A stretch of 60,960 nucleotides of DNA from Tidjanibacter massiliensis (GCA_963661155.1 CAVLAW010000001.1:1-60960), one strand, 5' to 3'; counted from the first letter of the stretch, positions 30,781-41,047 are shown. Numbers and translations are program-made. The notes: generated from the letters alone by a model not told the origin.

Positions 30781-30940
30781 ATGCTTTCCTCGCTTCTTAT
30801 CTTATATTGAAAGCCGTTTCCGGCTTTGGATAAGATTATTTTAGCATATTCTTTTCGGTATTCAACTTCTGCTTTTGCCTAAAAAGACAGCAGGGACCCC
30901 CGCATCCGCGGCAGTCCCCACTGTCTTTTGATCCTCAGAT

Positions 30941-32575
30941 TTACTGGATATCCATGGTATCAATTGCGTCCTGATATACGCTTACATATCCTGCCACATC
31001 CATGCCGTCGAACAGGCTTACAAAGTTGTTCCAGCTCTCATCTGTCACACCCTCTGTGATGAAAGTTGCCATATTCTCCTGTACTGCATTTTTAATATCG
31101 GTTTCTTTTAAGGTGTTCTGCTGTAACTGCTCAGAAGTCAGCGGTGCAAGCCCCAGATAGTCGTTCGAATATTTCTGCAACATTCCTGCATCCTCATATT
31201 CCTTGCAGTATTCTGTTTTTTCGATTCTCTGTTCCGGCCACTCAAAGGTTTCATCCACATATTTGCCAGGTCCGAAGAACAGTGTATTGTTGTCCAGGAA
31301 ATTCTTTACATCGATAGAGCCATCCATCAGCGGATTGACTTTATTGTCGTCTGTGTATTCCCATCCGCTTCCGTCTGTTGCATCTTTTTCACCGTAATAC
31401 AGAGAATACATCATCTCGGTATCCAGCATGGCATCCAGAAGTCTTAACGACTGCGGCACATACTGATTGCTGCTTGTGATGTAAGCACCAGGTCTTGCTG
31501 TCTCAATCTTTCTGTAATCCAGTACATTTTCATCCTGCGGTACATACAGCGAGCAGGTAGATGCCACGCCGTCATCAAAGCCCATCGCTTTCAGTCTCCA
31601 TGCGGTGAAGAAACCAACATTTCCTTCTGCCAGTTTGGACTCTACTGTACTCTGATCCTGTGAGATCATCTCTGCATCTACAAGACCTTCTTCATAGCAG
31701 GTATGCAGCCATTCCATACATTTGCGGAAACCATCCTGTGTTGCTGTAAACTGTACTTTTTTGTCGTTATCAATATAAATCCATTTATCCGGATCTGCCG
31801 GTACACCGAACATCGGAAGCATGTATCGTACGCCATAGTATCCGTTATCCAGTGTCATCTCCAGCGGCACTTCATCACTTGCATCACCGTTTCCGTTTGC
31901 GTCCTCTGCTTTAAATGCCCGCAGGACATCGGTCAGCTCTTCCACGTTGGTCGGCCGGTCCAGTCCCAGACGGTTCAGCCAGTCATCATTGATAAAGTAA
32001 TGAGTCACGGTATTGATATTCTGACCTACCATATATCCAATAGAATACTTGTTTCCATCCGATGCAACAAGGCTGGTAGTCGGGTCTTCATCCTCTGCCT
32101 CTCTTCTCTCAGTGTAGTTCGGCATATATTTACTTGTCAGATCGTCATTCAGCGGAATAAGTAATTGCTGGGATACACCATATTCCTCTTCATCTACCGT
32201 TGTGTTCGGGGTGATAATGATATCCGGATACTCACCGGATGCAAACATCAGATTCAGTTTGGTGGACCAGTCAGATGCCTTTACGACTTCCCATTCCAGA
32301 TTGATTCCTGTCTCCTCTTCCAGTCTCTGAACCGCCGGCATTTCGGACGGATCGGTGAGAGAGTCTACGTCACGGATACCCTGCATTACTTTTAAGGTAA
32401 TTGGCTCTTTTACGATCGGATAGCCTGTCTCATTGAAATTGTCTCCTGCATCTGCGCTTGCACTTGCGGTACTTCCGCTTGTAGAGGAGCTGGAACTTCC
32501 GCTGCCTCCGCAGCCGGTCAGTGCCATCGCTGCCATTGCCGTCGATAAGATAACTGCCACTACTTTTTTCTTCAT
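30941..32575 (-). CDS. carbohydrate ABC transporter substrate-binding lipoprotein (LplA-like)
   Basis: Lipobox LTGC, Ser-rich linker, GYPIV.E.ITL and D.NGNG..DE motifs. Confidence 0.9.
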   Translation of the reverse strand: MKKKVVAVILSTAMAAMALTGCGGSGSSSSSTSGSTASASADAGDNFNETGYPIVKEPITLKVMQGIRDVDSLTDPSEMPAVQRLEEETGINLEWEVVKASDWSTKLNLMFASGEYPDIIITPNTTVDEEEYGVSQQLLIPLNDDLTSKYMPNYTERREAEDEDPTTSLVASDGNKYSIGYMVGQNINTVTHYFINDDWLNRLGLDRPTNVEELTDVLRAFKAEDANGNGDASDEVPLEMTLDNGYYGVRYMLPMFGVPADPDKWIYIDNDKKVQFTATQDGFRKCMEWLHTCYEEGLVDAEMISQDQSTVESKLAEGNVGFFTAWRLKAMGFDDGVASTCSLYVPQDENVLDYRKIETARPGAYITSSNQYVPQSLRLLDAMLDTEMMYSLYYGEKDATDGSGWEYTDDNKVNPLMDGSIDVKNFLDNNTLFFGPGKYVDETFEWPEQRIEKTEYCKEYEDAGMLQKYSNDYLGLAPLTSEQLQQNTLKETDIKNAVQENMATFITEGVTDESWNNFVSLFDGMDVAGYVSVYQDAIDTMDIQ

Positions 32576-32650
32576 TTTTTCCTCCTTCGACGTACCTTTT
32601 CTAGCCCGGTACATCTTCTCATTATAAAGTTTTATTTTTCTGATCGTTTC

Positions 32651-33568
32651 TCAGCCTTTCAGAGATCCGATCATAACACCCTTTTCAAAGTATTTCTGCA
32701 TGAAACCGTATAAAATAACGACCGGGCCGGTTGCTACAACGATGATACAGTACTTTGCTACCTGTGCAATTCTGGTAGCCTCGGCCATCGACGCTGCATT
32801 GTCTGACATGCTCATCATGTAATCGCCGGATTTGTCCACCTGCAGAGTTGCCAGGATTTCTCTTAAGACGGTCTGCAGCGGATACAGGTTTCTGTCACGA
32901 AGATAAACCAGTCCGGTAAAGTAATCGTTCCATTTTGCCACGCCGTAATATACAGCCAGTACCGCGATGATCGTTTTAGAAAGAGGGAGTACCACTTTAA
33001 GGAAATAATCAAAATGGGTTGCTCCGTCCAGCATTGATGCCTCATACAGTTCATTCGGAATGCTGGTCTGAATAAAGGTTCTGGCTACCATCAGGTTCCA
33101 TACACTGACACCACCCATCAGAATCATAATCCATGGAGTATTATAAAGTCCCAGATCCCGCATGACAAGGAACGTCGGAATCAGTCCTCCGCTGAAAAAC
33201 ATCGTGAAAATAAAGAACAGGTTAAAAATTGCTTTTCCTTTGAATTTCGGTCTGGAAAGAACATAGGCGGCGGATAAGGTTACGACAATACTCAGTGCGA
33301 TGCTTGCCGCCGTATATAAAATAGAGTTTCCATAGGACCGGATCATTTCTTTGTACTTAAATACTGCCTTATATCCAATCAGTGAGAATCCGACCGGATG
33401 CCAGATAACTTCGCCGCGGATGATCGCGTCCGGATCGGATACGGATGCGATGATAACCAGATACAGCGGATAAAAAATCACAAACATGATGACGATCCAG
33501 AAGATCACATTCACGATCTGGAAGGCCCGGTTGCTTTTGCTCATTTTCTTTTTCTTTGCCTTTGCCAT
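32651..33568 (-). CDS. carbohydrate ABC transporter permease (LplC-like)
   Basis: FFSGGLIP, EA..LDGA and QKYFEKG motifs. Confidence 0.93.
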   Translation of the reverse strand: MAKAKKKKMSKSNRAFQIVNVIFWIVIMFVIFYPLYLVIIASVSDPDAIIRGEVIWHPVGFSLIGYKAVFKYKEMIRSYGNSILYTAASIALSIVVTLSAAYVLSRPKFKGKAIFNLFFIFTMFFSGGLIPTFLVMRDLGLYNTPWIMILMGGVSVWNLMVARTFIQTSIPNELYEASMLDGATHFDYFLKVVLPLSKTIIAVLAVYYGVAKWNDYFTGLVYLRDRNLYPLQTVLREILATLQVDKSGDYMMSMSDNAASMAEATRIAQVAKYCIIVVATGPVVILYGFMQKYFEKGVMIGSLKG

Positions 33569-33580
33569 CGTTTTAACCCC

Positions 33581-34531
33581 CTAGAATAATCCGACTTCCG
33601 TCGTCTTTTTCGAAAGCTGGTTGACGGAAATAATCAGGATAAAGTTGATAATGTTGATAAACAGACCAATTGCCGCTGTGTAGGAGAACTGGCCGCTTCC
33701 AAGTCCAACATTGTAAACATATACACCAATGATATCTGATTTTGTAATATTTCCTGCTGTCTGCATAACGAGTGTTTTTTCTGTATTGCTGTTCAGCAGC
33801 TTTCCGCAGTCAAGAACCAGAACCATCATAATGGTCGGTAACAGGCTCGGCAGATCGATATATCGGATTTTCTGCCAGATGCTTGCTCCATCGATCTCCG
33901 CTGCCTCATACAGCGCCTGATCGACCCCGGATAATGCCGCAATAAAAAGAATCGTACTGTATCCTGCACTCTGCCAGATACCGGAAATGATGTAAATTGG
34001 CCGGAAGGCAGATGCACTTGACATATAGTCGATGGCTTTTAATCCGAACCATCCTCTGATGATATTTAAAATACCACTGGTCGGAGAAAGGAAAATGTAG
34101 AGCATTCCAGCTAATACTACAGTTGAAATGAAGTACGGTACGTAAATACTGGTCTGAATTCCTCTCTTTAATTTGTCTTTCCGAATCTGATTCAGCATGA
34201 TGGCCATGATGATCGGAACCGGAAAGCTGAAAATCAGGTTTTCTACATTTAATACCAGCGTATTTACCAGCAGACGTTTGAAATAGTAAGCACTAAAAAA
34301 CGTCTTAAAATGTTTCAGTCCCACCCATGGGCTTCCGGCAATACCGTCAACCGCTCTGTAATCTTTGAAGGCGATCTGGATTCCGTACATTGGCAGGTAA
34401 CTGAACACAAGAAAGAAAATTACCGCCGGAAGAATCATAACGTAGAGCTGCCAGTTATTTTTCATATAGCTTTTCATACTCTGCCGGTTTGCTTTTTTCT
34501 TTGGTACACCGATTGCATTTTCGCTTTTCAT
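33581..34531 (-). CDS. carbohydrate ABC transporter permease (LplB-like)
   Basis: YLPMYG, SPWVGL and LYEAAEIDGAS motifs. Confidence 0.93.
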   Translation of the reverse strand: MKSENAIGVPKKKANRQSMKSYMKNNWQLYVMILPAVIFFLVFSYLPMYGIQIAFKDYRAVDGIAGSPWVGLKHFKTFFSAYYFKRLLVNTLVLNVENLIFSFPVPIIMAIMLNQIRKDKLKRGIQTSIYVPYFISTVVLAGMLYIFLSPTSGILNIIRGWFGLKAIDYMSSASAFRPIYIISGIWQSAGYSTILFIAALSGVDQALYEAAEIDGASIWQKIRYIDLPSLLPTIMMVLVLDCGKLLNSNTEKTLVMQTAGNITKSDIIGVYVYNVGLGSGQFSYTAAIGLFINIINFILIISVNQLSKKTTEVGLF

Positions 34532-34834
34532 AATGAACCCCCTTATTTCGTTTTATCGGTCTTTCTGTCATTCATTATATCGATTTTGTTCTGTTTCACC
34601 ATGTACGAATCCGGGCATCCATCTGTAAAAATCCGACATTTTACAGAACCGCCTCAAAGTCTGTTTCGGGTATCCGCTCCTGCAAAACCGCAAAAAATTT
34701 CGGTTTTTTCCGTTTTTTCTTGAAAAAAACTTGCAAATCTCGTCTGAGATGATATACTTTTTTCATTACGTTACTTTATGAAAGTACTTTTTTCCATGAA
34801 AGTACTTCTATTTATGAAAAAGAAAGAGGTATCT

Positions 34835-36232
34835 ATGCTCCAACTGATTGAAACCATCAACAGTGCCGTGAACAATTTTATCTGGGGTGTTCCGGCTATG
34901 GTCTGTATTTTTGGTGTCGGGCTTTATTTGAGTCTGCGCACTCGTTTTCTCCAGATTCGGAAATTTCCGTATGCGATCCGCACGACGATCGGGCGGATGT
35001 TTCGGAAGCGGGATGCGTCGGACGGCGCGATTACTCCGTTTCAGGCGGTCTGTACGGCGCTGGCGGCTACGGTTGGTACCGGTAATATTGCCGGTGTGGC
35101 CGGAGCGATTGCGATCGGAGGACCGGGTGCGGTGTTCTGGATGTGGGTTTCGGCGCTGCTCGGTATGTGTACGAAATTTGCCGAGGTTACTCTGGCGGTT
35201 TTCTACCGTGAGACCAATGCCAACGGCGAGCTCGTCGGTGGACCGATGTACTACATCAAAAACGGACTCAGCAAAAAATGGCATTTCCTGGCTTATCTGT
35301 TTGCCGCTTTCGGTGTGCTGACCGTCTTCGGAACTGGAAATGCGACGCAGGTCAACACGATCACAACCGCGATCAACTCCGCACTGATGAACTATCATGT
35401 GATCTCCGAGAAATCCATCCCGGTTTCCAACCTGATTCAGGGAATCGTCATTGCATCGCTCGTTGCGTTGATTCTGCTCGGCGGTGTCAAACGAATCGCA
35501 CAGGTAACGGAAAAACTCGTTCCGTTTATGGCACTGTTTTATATCATCCTTGCATTCGGCGTTATCTTATTGAACATCAACACGATTCCATCCGTTTTCG
35601 TATCGATCTTCGAAGGCGCGTTCCGTCCATCCGCTGTGACGGGCGGTATCGTCGGAAGTATGATCATAAGTGTGAAAAAAGGTGTGTCCCGCGGTATCTT
35701 CTCGAACGAGGCAGGTCTTGGTACCGGTTCGATCGCGCATGCCTGCGCCGACACCAGAAAACCAGTCAAACAGGGTATGTTCGGTATCTTCGAAGTATTT
35801 ACCGATACGATTGTCATCTGTACACTGACCGCACTCGTTATCCTCTGTAGCGGCACTTCCATCGCCTACGGACAGGCTGCCGGAGCGGAGCTGACGATCA
35901 GCGGCTTCACTGCTACATATGGAAACTGGGTTTCCCTGCTCACCGCTCTTGCGATGTGCTGCTTCGCCTTTTCCACGATCCTCGGCTGGGGACTTTACGG
36001 TGCGCGCTGCATCGAGTTCCTGTTCTCCGAGAAGATTACGAAATACTTCATGGCTGCTTACTCGCTGGTTGCCATCCTCGGCGCCACCGCAAATCTCGGC
36101 CTGATGTGGAGCATCGCCGAGACCTTCAACGGTCTCATGGCAATCCCGAACCTCATCGCTCTCTTCCTGCTCTCGGGCAAGGTTGCGGAGCTGACAAAGG
36201 AATATTTTTCGAACGAAAGAAAAACGAAATAA
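34835..36232 (+). CDS. alanine/glycine:cation symporter (AGCS/AlsT family)
   Basis: GTGNIAGVA.AI..GGPGA.FWMW, GGPMYY and FSNEAGLG motifs. Confidence 0.95.
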   Translation: MLQLIETINSAVNNFIWGVPAMVCIFGVGLYLSLRTRFLQIRKFPYAIRTTIGRMFRKRDASDGAITPFQAVCTALAATVGTGNIAGVAGAIAIGGPGAVFWMWVSALLGMCTKFAEVTLAVFYRETNANGELVGGPMYYIKNGLSKKWHFLAYLFAAFGVLTVFGTGNATQVNTITTAINSALMNYHVISEKSIPVSNLIQGIVIASLVALILLGGVKRIAQVTEKLVPFMALFYIILAFGVILLNINTIPSVFVSIFEGAFRPSAVTGGIVGSMIISVKKGVSRGIFSNEAGLGTGSIAHACADTRKPVKQGMFGIFEVFTDTIVICTLTALVILCSGTSIAYGQAAGAELTISGFTATYGNWVSLLTALAMCCFAFSTILGWGLYGARCIEFLFSEKITKYFMAAYSLVAILGATANLGLMWSIAETFNGLMAIPNLIALFLLSGKVAELTKEYFSNERKTK

Positions 36233-36298
36233 ACACAAAAACCTCCGGAAAAACGGTAATAATGAAAATACCGTCTCTCCGGAGCTCTTTTTATATCC

Positions 36299-36436
36299 CT
36301 ATATGATATTTCTATTTTTTTCTCTGCAGCTCCGGCTGACTCTCCTTGTGCTGCTTCTTCTGCTGTTTTCGTCGTATCTTAAGTATTCCTCAAAACGAAG
36401 CGGTTTCTTGTCCGCGAAAAAAATATTACCTTCCAT
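36299..36436 (-). CDS. putative 45-aa small protein (MEGNIFFADKKPLRFEEYLRY...), below the ORF-track cutoff
   Basis: GAGGAG RBS, ATG at 36436, TAG at 36299-36301, shared terminator at about 36241-36290. Confidence 0.4.
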   Translation of the reverse strand: MEGNIFFADKKPLRFEEYLRYDENSRRSSTRRVSRSCREKNRNII

Positions 36437-36623
36437 CAAAGTTTCTCCTCGTCATTTAATTTTTCTTCTTCTTTTATCGCGTTTCCGCGATTTATCAAGG
36501 CAAATTTCGCCTTTTCGCTTGACAATAAGGCAGGGACATCTTACACTGTTAAAAGTTTAGGCAAAAATAGTAAACTGCTACTGTCACTGTTTACCAAAGA
36601 GGGAAACCGGGAGGAACTTTTGA

Positions 36624-37712
36624 ATGGAAAATTGGAACGAAGTAAAACTGGTACCGGAGTTTTCTGAGCAGGGTGTCGACTGCTACCGTCTCGAGGGCGG
36701 CGACTACGAGAACGAATACTACGTCGTATCGGAAGCCGAGACCAGAAAACTTCTGAACACACCGGAGGTTGTCGGATATGAGGTTTATCACTGCCTGATT
36801 CCGTCCACTTCTCAGATGCTTTATTATTTCAAAGAGCAGGGAAAGGTCACCGCAGCAAACATCCTTTCCATCCTGCGCGGCGCATTAAATTACCCGCTGG
36901 AGGAGAGCTGCTACCGCGAGCATATCCGTGTGCATGATATCAGCTTCTTATCGAGCGAGCGCGTCTTCAAAGAGGATGAGATCGCAGGTCTCGAAATCAA
37001 GTACAGCAAGCTGACCATGGTACCGGGAAGCACGCTTCTGATCGGCGATATCATCGCAACGGGAGAGACCCTGATCCACTGTCTGCGCTATGTGACTGAC
37101 TTCTACCGCGATCACGGCGCTTCACTGCGCAACATCATCATCTTTACGATCGGCGGCACGACCGGAATCAAGATTCTGGAGCGCCTGACAAAAGAGATCC
37201 GCGAGTTCTGGCCGGACTTCGAGGGCTTTATCACCGTTTATTACGAAGGAATTTTCAGCACGTATCAGGACAAGGGTGTGTCCGGAATCAATCTGCCGGA
37301 CGTCGATTTCTACTGGAAAAACGGCATCGTCGCACCGGAATTCCGCAGAGAAACCCTTTCCATGCGCGATCCGCTGTTTGAGAAATGCATCATCTACGAC
37401 GGCGGCGCGAGAAGATACGAAATCCACGAGCATGTCGAGGAGGTTCTCGATTTCTGGCAGAAAATGCTGGAACGCGCTGACCAGATCGACTTCACCAAAC
37501 TGCTCGAGGAAAAACTGGGCTGTCCGCTCGACGCATCCTATAAGGAATGGATCCACATCAACCATTATGAAAAGATTGACGAGCGTGTCACAAAATGGCT
37601 GTACCGCCAAGAGAAAGGCTACATTGCAAGCCTTGCTGACGTCACCTTAAAAGAGATTGCAGAGGAACGTATCGAAGAATTCACTTCTGCACTTCGCAAA
37701 TACATGCTGTAA
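36624..37712 (+). CDS. uncharacterised type I phosphoribosyltransferase, UPRTase-like
   Basis: ILSILRGA and LLIGDIIATGETL resemble the UPRT PILRAG motif and the PRPP-binding loop; co-operonic with codB. Confidence 0.65.
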   Translation: MENWNEVKLVPEFSEQGVDCYRLEGGDYENEYYVVSEAETRKLLNTPEVVGYEVYHCLIPSTSQMLYYFKEQGKVTAANILSILRGALNYPLEESCYREHIRVHDISFLSSERVFKEDEIAGLEIKYSKLTMVPGSTLLIGDIIATGETLIHCLRYVTDFYRDHGASLRNIIIFTIGGTTGIKILERLTKEIREFWPDFEGFITVYYEGIFSTYQDKGVSGINLPDVDFYWKNGIVAPEFRRETLSMRDPLFEKCIIYDGGARRYEIHEHVEEVLDFWQKMLERADQIDFTKLLEEKLGCPLDASYKEWIHINHYEKIDERVTKWLYRQEKGYIASLADVTLKEIAEERIEEFTSALRKYML

Positions 37713-37735
37713 TTCGGACAGCTTCAGGAGAGATT

Positions 37736-38980
37736 ATGGAAAAAGAAAAGAAAGTAAAAGATGTTGACTTCGCGGACAGCGCGGTTCCGGTTTCGGAACG
37801 GAAAAATGTAGTAACCATGTTTATGATCATGCTCGGCTTCACCTTCTTCTCGGCAAGTATGTGGGTTGGCCAGCAGCTCGCCGACGGCCTTGATTTCTGG
37901 GGATTTTTAGGATCGCTGATTCTCGGCGGCATCATCCTCGGCGTATATACCGGACTGCTCGGCTATGTCGGCGCAAAGACCGGTCTGTCGCTTGACCTGC
38001 TGTCTCAGAGAGCTTTCGGCGAAAAAGGTTCCTATCTGCCGTCAGCCATGACGAGTTTCACCCAGATCGGATGGTTCGGCGTCGGCCTTGCCATGTTTGC
38101 GATCCCGGTTTCCAAAGAGCTGCTCGGCGGAAGCACCGCGGTTGAATGGGGACTCGTCATCCTGGCCGGTGTCTGCATGACTGCCTCCGCTTATTTTGGC
38201 ATTGAATCTCTGACGATCGTCAGCTACATCGCTGTGCCGAGTGTCGCCATCCTCGGAACGATCGCGATGGTGATGGCTGTGATGAAAGGCGACGGAACGA
38301 TCATTGATCAGTTCGCAAAATCCAGCGGATCACTGACCATCATCGGCGGCGCGGGCCTTGTCATCGGCTCCTTCGTCTCCGGCGGAACCGCAACACCGAA
38401 CTTCGCACGCTTTGCAAAGAACGGAAAAGCAGGTGCCGTCACAACGGTTGTGGCATTCTTCATCGGAAACTCGCTGATGTTCTTCTTCGGAGCCGTCTCC
38501 TCGATCTTTGTCGGCGGAAACGATATCTTCGAGGTCATGGTGCGTCTGAACCTGTTCTATCTCGCCGTCATCGTTCTCGGTCTCAATATCTGGACCACGA
38601 ACGACAACGCGCTGTACACCGCAGGTCTTGGCCTTGCCAACATCTTCCACCAGAAGAAGAAACCGATGGTACTCATTTCCGGCATCATCGGAACGGTTGC
38701 CTCCGTGTGGCTGTACTACAACTTCTGCGACTGGCTCAACATTCTGAACTGTACCCTGCCGCCGGTCGGCATGATTCTGGTGCTTGCCTATTTCATGAAC
38801 AAAGAGGACTTTGAAACAGACCATCCAACACTCAAAACCGTAGACTGGTTCGCCGTTGCCGGAGTTATCCTCGGCGCCATCGTTGCGAATCTGTTAAAAT
38901 GGGGCATCGCTTCCATCAATGGTATAGTGGTTGCCGCCATATGCTACTGTGTCGGACAGATGGTAAGCAAAAGAAAATAA
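37736..38980 (+). CDS. codB: cytosine permease (NCS1 family)
   Basis: MLGFTFFSASMW, TQIGWFGVG, GSFVSGGT and NIWTTNDNALY motifs. Confidence 0.92.
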   Translation: MEKEKKVKDVDFADSAVPVSERKNVVTMFMIMLGFTFFSASMWVGQQLADGLDFWGFLGSLILGGIILGVYTGLLGYVGAKTGLSLDLLSQRAFGEKGSYLPSAMTSFTQIGWFGVGLAMFAIPVSKELLGGSTAVEWGLVILAGVCMTASAYFGIESLTIVSYIAVPSVAILGTIAMVMAVMKGDGTIIDQFAKSSGSLTIIGGAGLVIGSFVSGGTATPNFARFAKNGKAGAVTTVVAFFIGNSLMFFFGAVSSIFVGGNDIFEVMVRLNLFYLAVIVLGLNIWTTNDNALYTAGLGLANIFHQKKKPMVLISGIIGTVASVWLYYNFCDWLNILNCTLPPVGMILVLAYFMNKEDFETDHPTLKTVDWFAVAGVILGAIVANLLKWGIASINGIVVAAICYCVGQMVSKRK

Positions 38981-39114
38981 TACATAGTTGCGCCCTGAGC
39001 ATTTTGGGATTTTTATTCTCAAAAATGTTCAGGGCTTTTTATTTTTCCGGTTTCGCGTTATAATAAACCATATGAAAATTTTTAAAAATTGGGAATGAAA
39101 GGAAAACTGCTCTG

Positions 39115-39696
39115 ATGATCGATTCCACTGTATCTGTTGCCAAAGGGGAAAAAACAAAATACCGCCTTGCCGAATCCATGAAGGAATGCATGAAAACAAC
39201 GCCGGTCGAGGAGATCACCGTGCGGCAGATCTGCGAAATCTGCGGTGTCACCCGCCAGACCTTTTACCGCAATTTTCTCGACAAATACGATCTGATCAAC
39301 TGGTATTTTGATAAACTTCTGACGAAATCGTTCGAACATATGGGTCGCGGAACGACAGTTTTTGACAGCCTGGAAAAGAAATTTACGTACATCCAGGAGG
39401 AGAAACCGTTCTTCGCTGCCGCCTTCCGCTACGACAAACAGAACTCTCTGCGAGAGCACGATTTCGAGCTGATCCTGGCATTCTACGAGAACCTGATCCG
39501 CGAAAAAAGCGGTCGTCCCGCGACACAGGAAATGCATTTTCTTCTCGAAATGTACTGCCAGGGATCCATCACAATGACTGTAAAATGGGTACTTGGCGGA
39601 ATGAACATCACCCCTTCCGAGCTCGCCGCTCTTCTTGTGCGTGCGATGCCGGAGGACTTGAAAAAATTATTTCTGGAGCTGCAGCTTCTCTCTTAA
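39115..39696 (+). CDS. TetR/AcrR family regulator (DhaS-like)
   Basis: ITV..I...CGVTRQTFY.NF.DKYDL. Confidence 0.9.
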   Translation: MIDSTVSVAKGEKTKYRLAESMKECMKTTPVEEITVRQICEICGVTRQTFYRNFLDKYDLINWYFDKLLTKSFEHMGRGTTVFDSLEKKFTYIQEEKPFFAAAFRYDKQNSLREHDFELILAFYENLIREKSGRPATQEMHFLLEMYCQGSITMTVKWVLGGMNITPSELAALLVRAMPEDLKKLFLELQLLS

Positions 39697-39738
39697 CGGA
39701 GGGGGCTGCGGCTCTTGTCATTTTTCACAAATTTTGGT

Positions 39739-39837
39739 TTGTTATTTTTTGCACAATGTCAATTTTTCAAAAAGTGTTACACTTTCCATCTTCTGTCACT
39801 TTCTTTTTCCCCTCTGATTTTGTTAATATAATCACAA
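39739..39837 (+). promoter_or_regulatory. two putative Rex operator sites upstream of fucO
   Basis: TTGTTATTTTTTGCACAA (39739-39756) and TTGTTAATATAATCACAA (39820-39837) fit TTGTNA-N6-TNACAA. Confidence 0.6.
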
Positions 39838-39898
39838 ACAAAACGAACGGCTGCTGCACACAGCAGATCCAACGATTACAGAAGGGAGTTTTTCAATC

Positions 39899-41047
39899 AT
39901 GGCAAATCGTATTAACTTAAATGCTACCTCCTATCACGGAGCAGGCGCTATCAATGAAATCGCAAACGAGGCAAAGGCACACGGCTTCAAAAAAGCATTC
40001 GTATGCTCCGACCCGGATCTGGTAAAATTCAACGTTACTTCCAAAGTAACGGACATTCTGACCGCAAACGGACTCGACTATGAGCTCTACAGCGACATCA
40101 AACCAAACCCAACCATCGAGAACGTAAAACACGGCGTAGACGCTTTCAAAGCATCCGGCGCTGACTATCTGATCGCTATCGGCGGCGGATCTTCCATGGA
40201 TACTTCCAAAGCTATCGGTATCATCATCGCAAACCCGGAGTTTGAGGATGTCAGAAGCCTTGAGGGAACTGCACCGACCAAAAATCCTTGCGTACCGATC
40301 ATCGCTGTTCCGACCACAGCCGGTACTGCAGCAGAGGTTACCATCAACTACGTAATCACTGATGTTGAGAGAAAACGTAAATTCGTATGTGTTGACCCGC
40401 ATGATATGCCGATCATCGCAGTCGTTGACCCTGAGATGATGTCCTCCATGCCGAAAGGCCTGACCGCTTCCACCGGTATGGACGCTCTGACCCACGCAAT
40501 CGAGGGCTACACCACAAAAGCTGCATGGGAAATGACTGATATGTTCCATCTGAAAGCCATCGAGCTGATCTCCAAATCCCTGCGCGGCGCTGTTGCAAAC
40601 ACCAAAGAGGGACGTGAGGGAATGGCACTTGGCCAGTACATCGCAGGTATGGGCTTCTCCAACGTAGGACTTGGAATCGCTCACTCCATGGCACACACCC
40701 TGGGCGCTGTCTATGATACCCCGCACGGTGTTGCATGCGCTATGATGCTTCCAATCGTTATGGAGTACAACCAGGACTGCACCGGCGAAAAATATCGTGA
40801 GATCGCACGCGCGATGGGCGTTGCAGGCGTAGACGAAATGACTCAGGAAGAGTACAGAAAAGCTGCTATCGATGCAGTTAAAAAACTTTCCGCTGATGTT
40901 GGAATCCCGTCTGTTCTGGAAGCAGTCAAAGAAGAAGATCTGCAGTTCCTTGCAGAGTCCGCACACGCAGATGCCTGCGCACCGGGCAATCCGAAAGATG
41001 CAAGCGTGGAAGATCTGAAAGGTCTGTTCCGCAAAATTATGGCATAA
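39899..41047 (+). CDS. fucO: lactaldehyde reductase (iron-containing alcohol dehydrogenase)
   Basis: MANRI.LN..SYHG.GA, GGGS and GMDALTHAIEGY motifs. Confidence 0.92.
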   Translation: MANRINLNATSYHGAGAINEIANEAKAHGFKKAFVCSDPDLVKFNVTSKVTDILTANGLDYELYSDIKPNPTIENVKHGVDAFKASGADYLIAIGGGSSMDTSKAIGIIIANPEFEDVRSLEGTAPTKNPCVPIIAVPTTAGTAAEVTINYVITDVERKRKFVCVDPHDMPIIAVVDPEMMSSMPKGLTASTGMDALTHAIEGYTTKAAWEMTDMFHLKAIELISKSLRGAVANTKEGREGMALGQYIAGMGFSNVGLGIAHSMAHTLGAVYDTPHGVACAMMLPIVMEYNQDCTGEKYREIARAMGVAGVDEMTQEEYRKAAIDAVKKLSADVGIPSVLEAVKEEDLQFLAESAHADACAPGNPKDASVEDLKGLFRKIMA

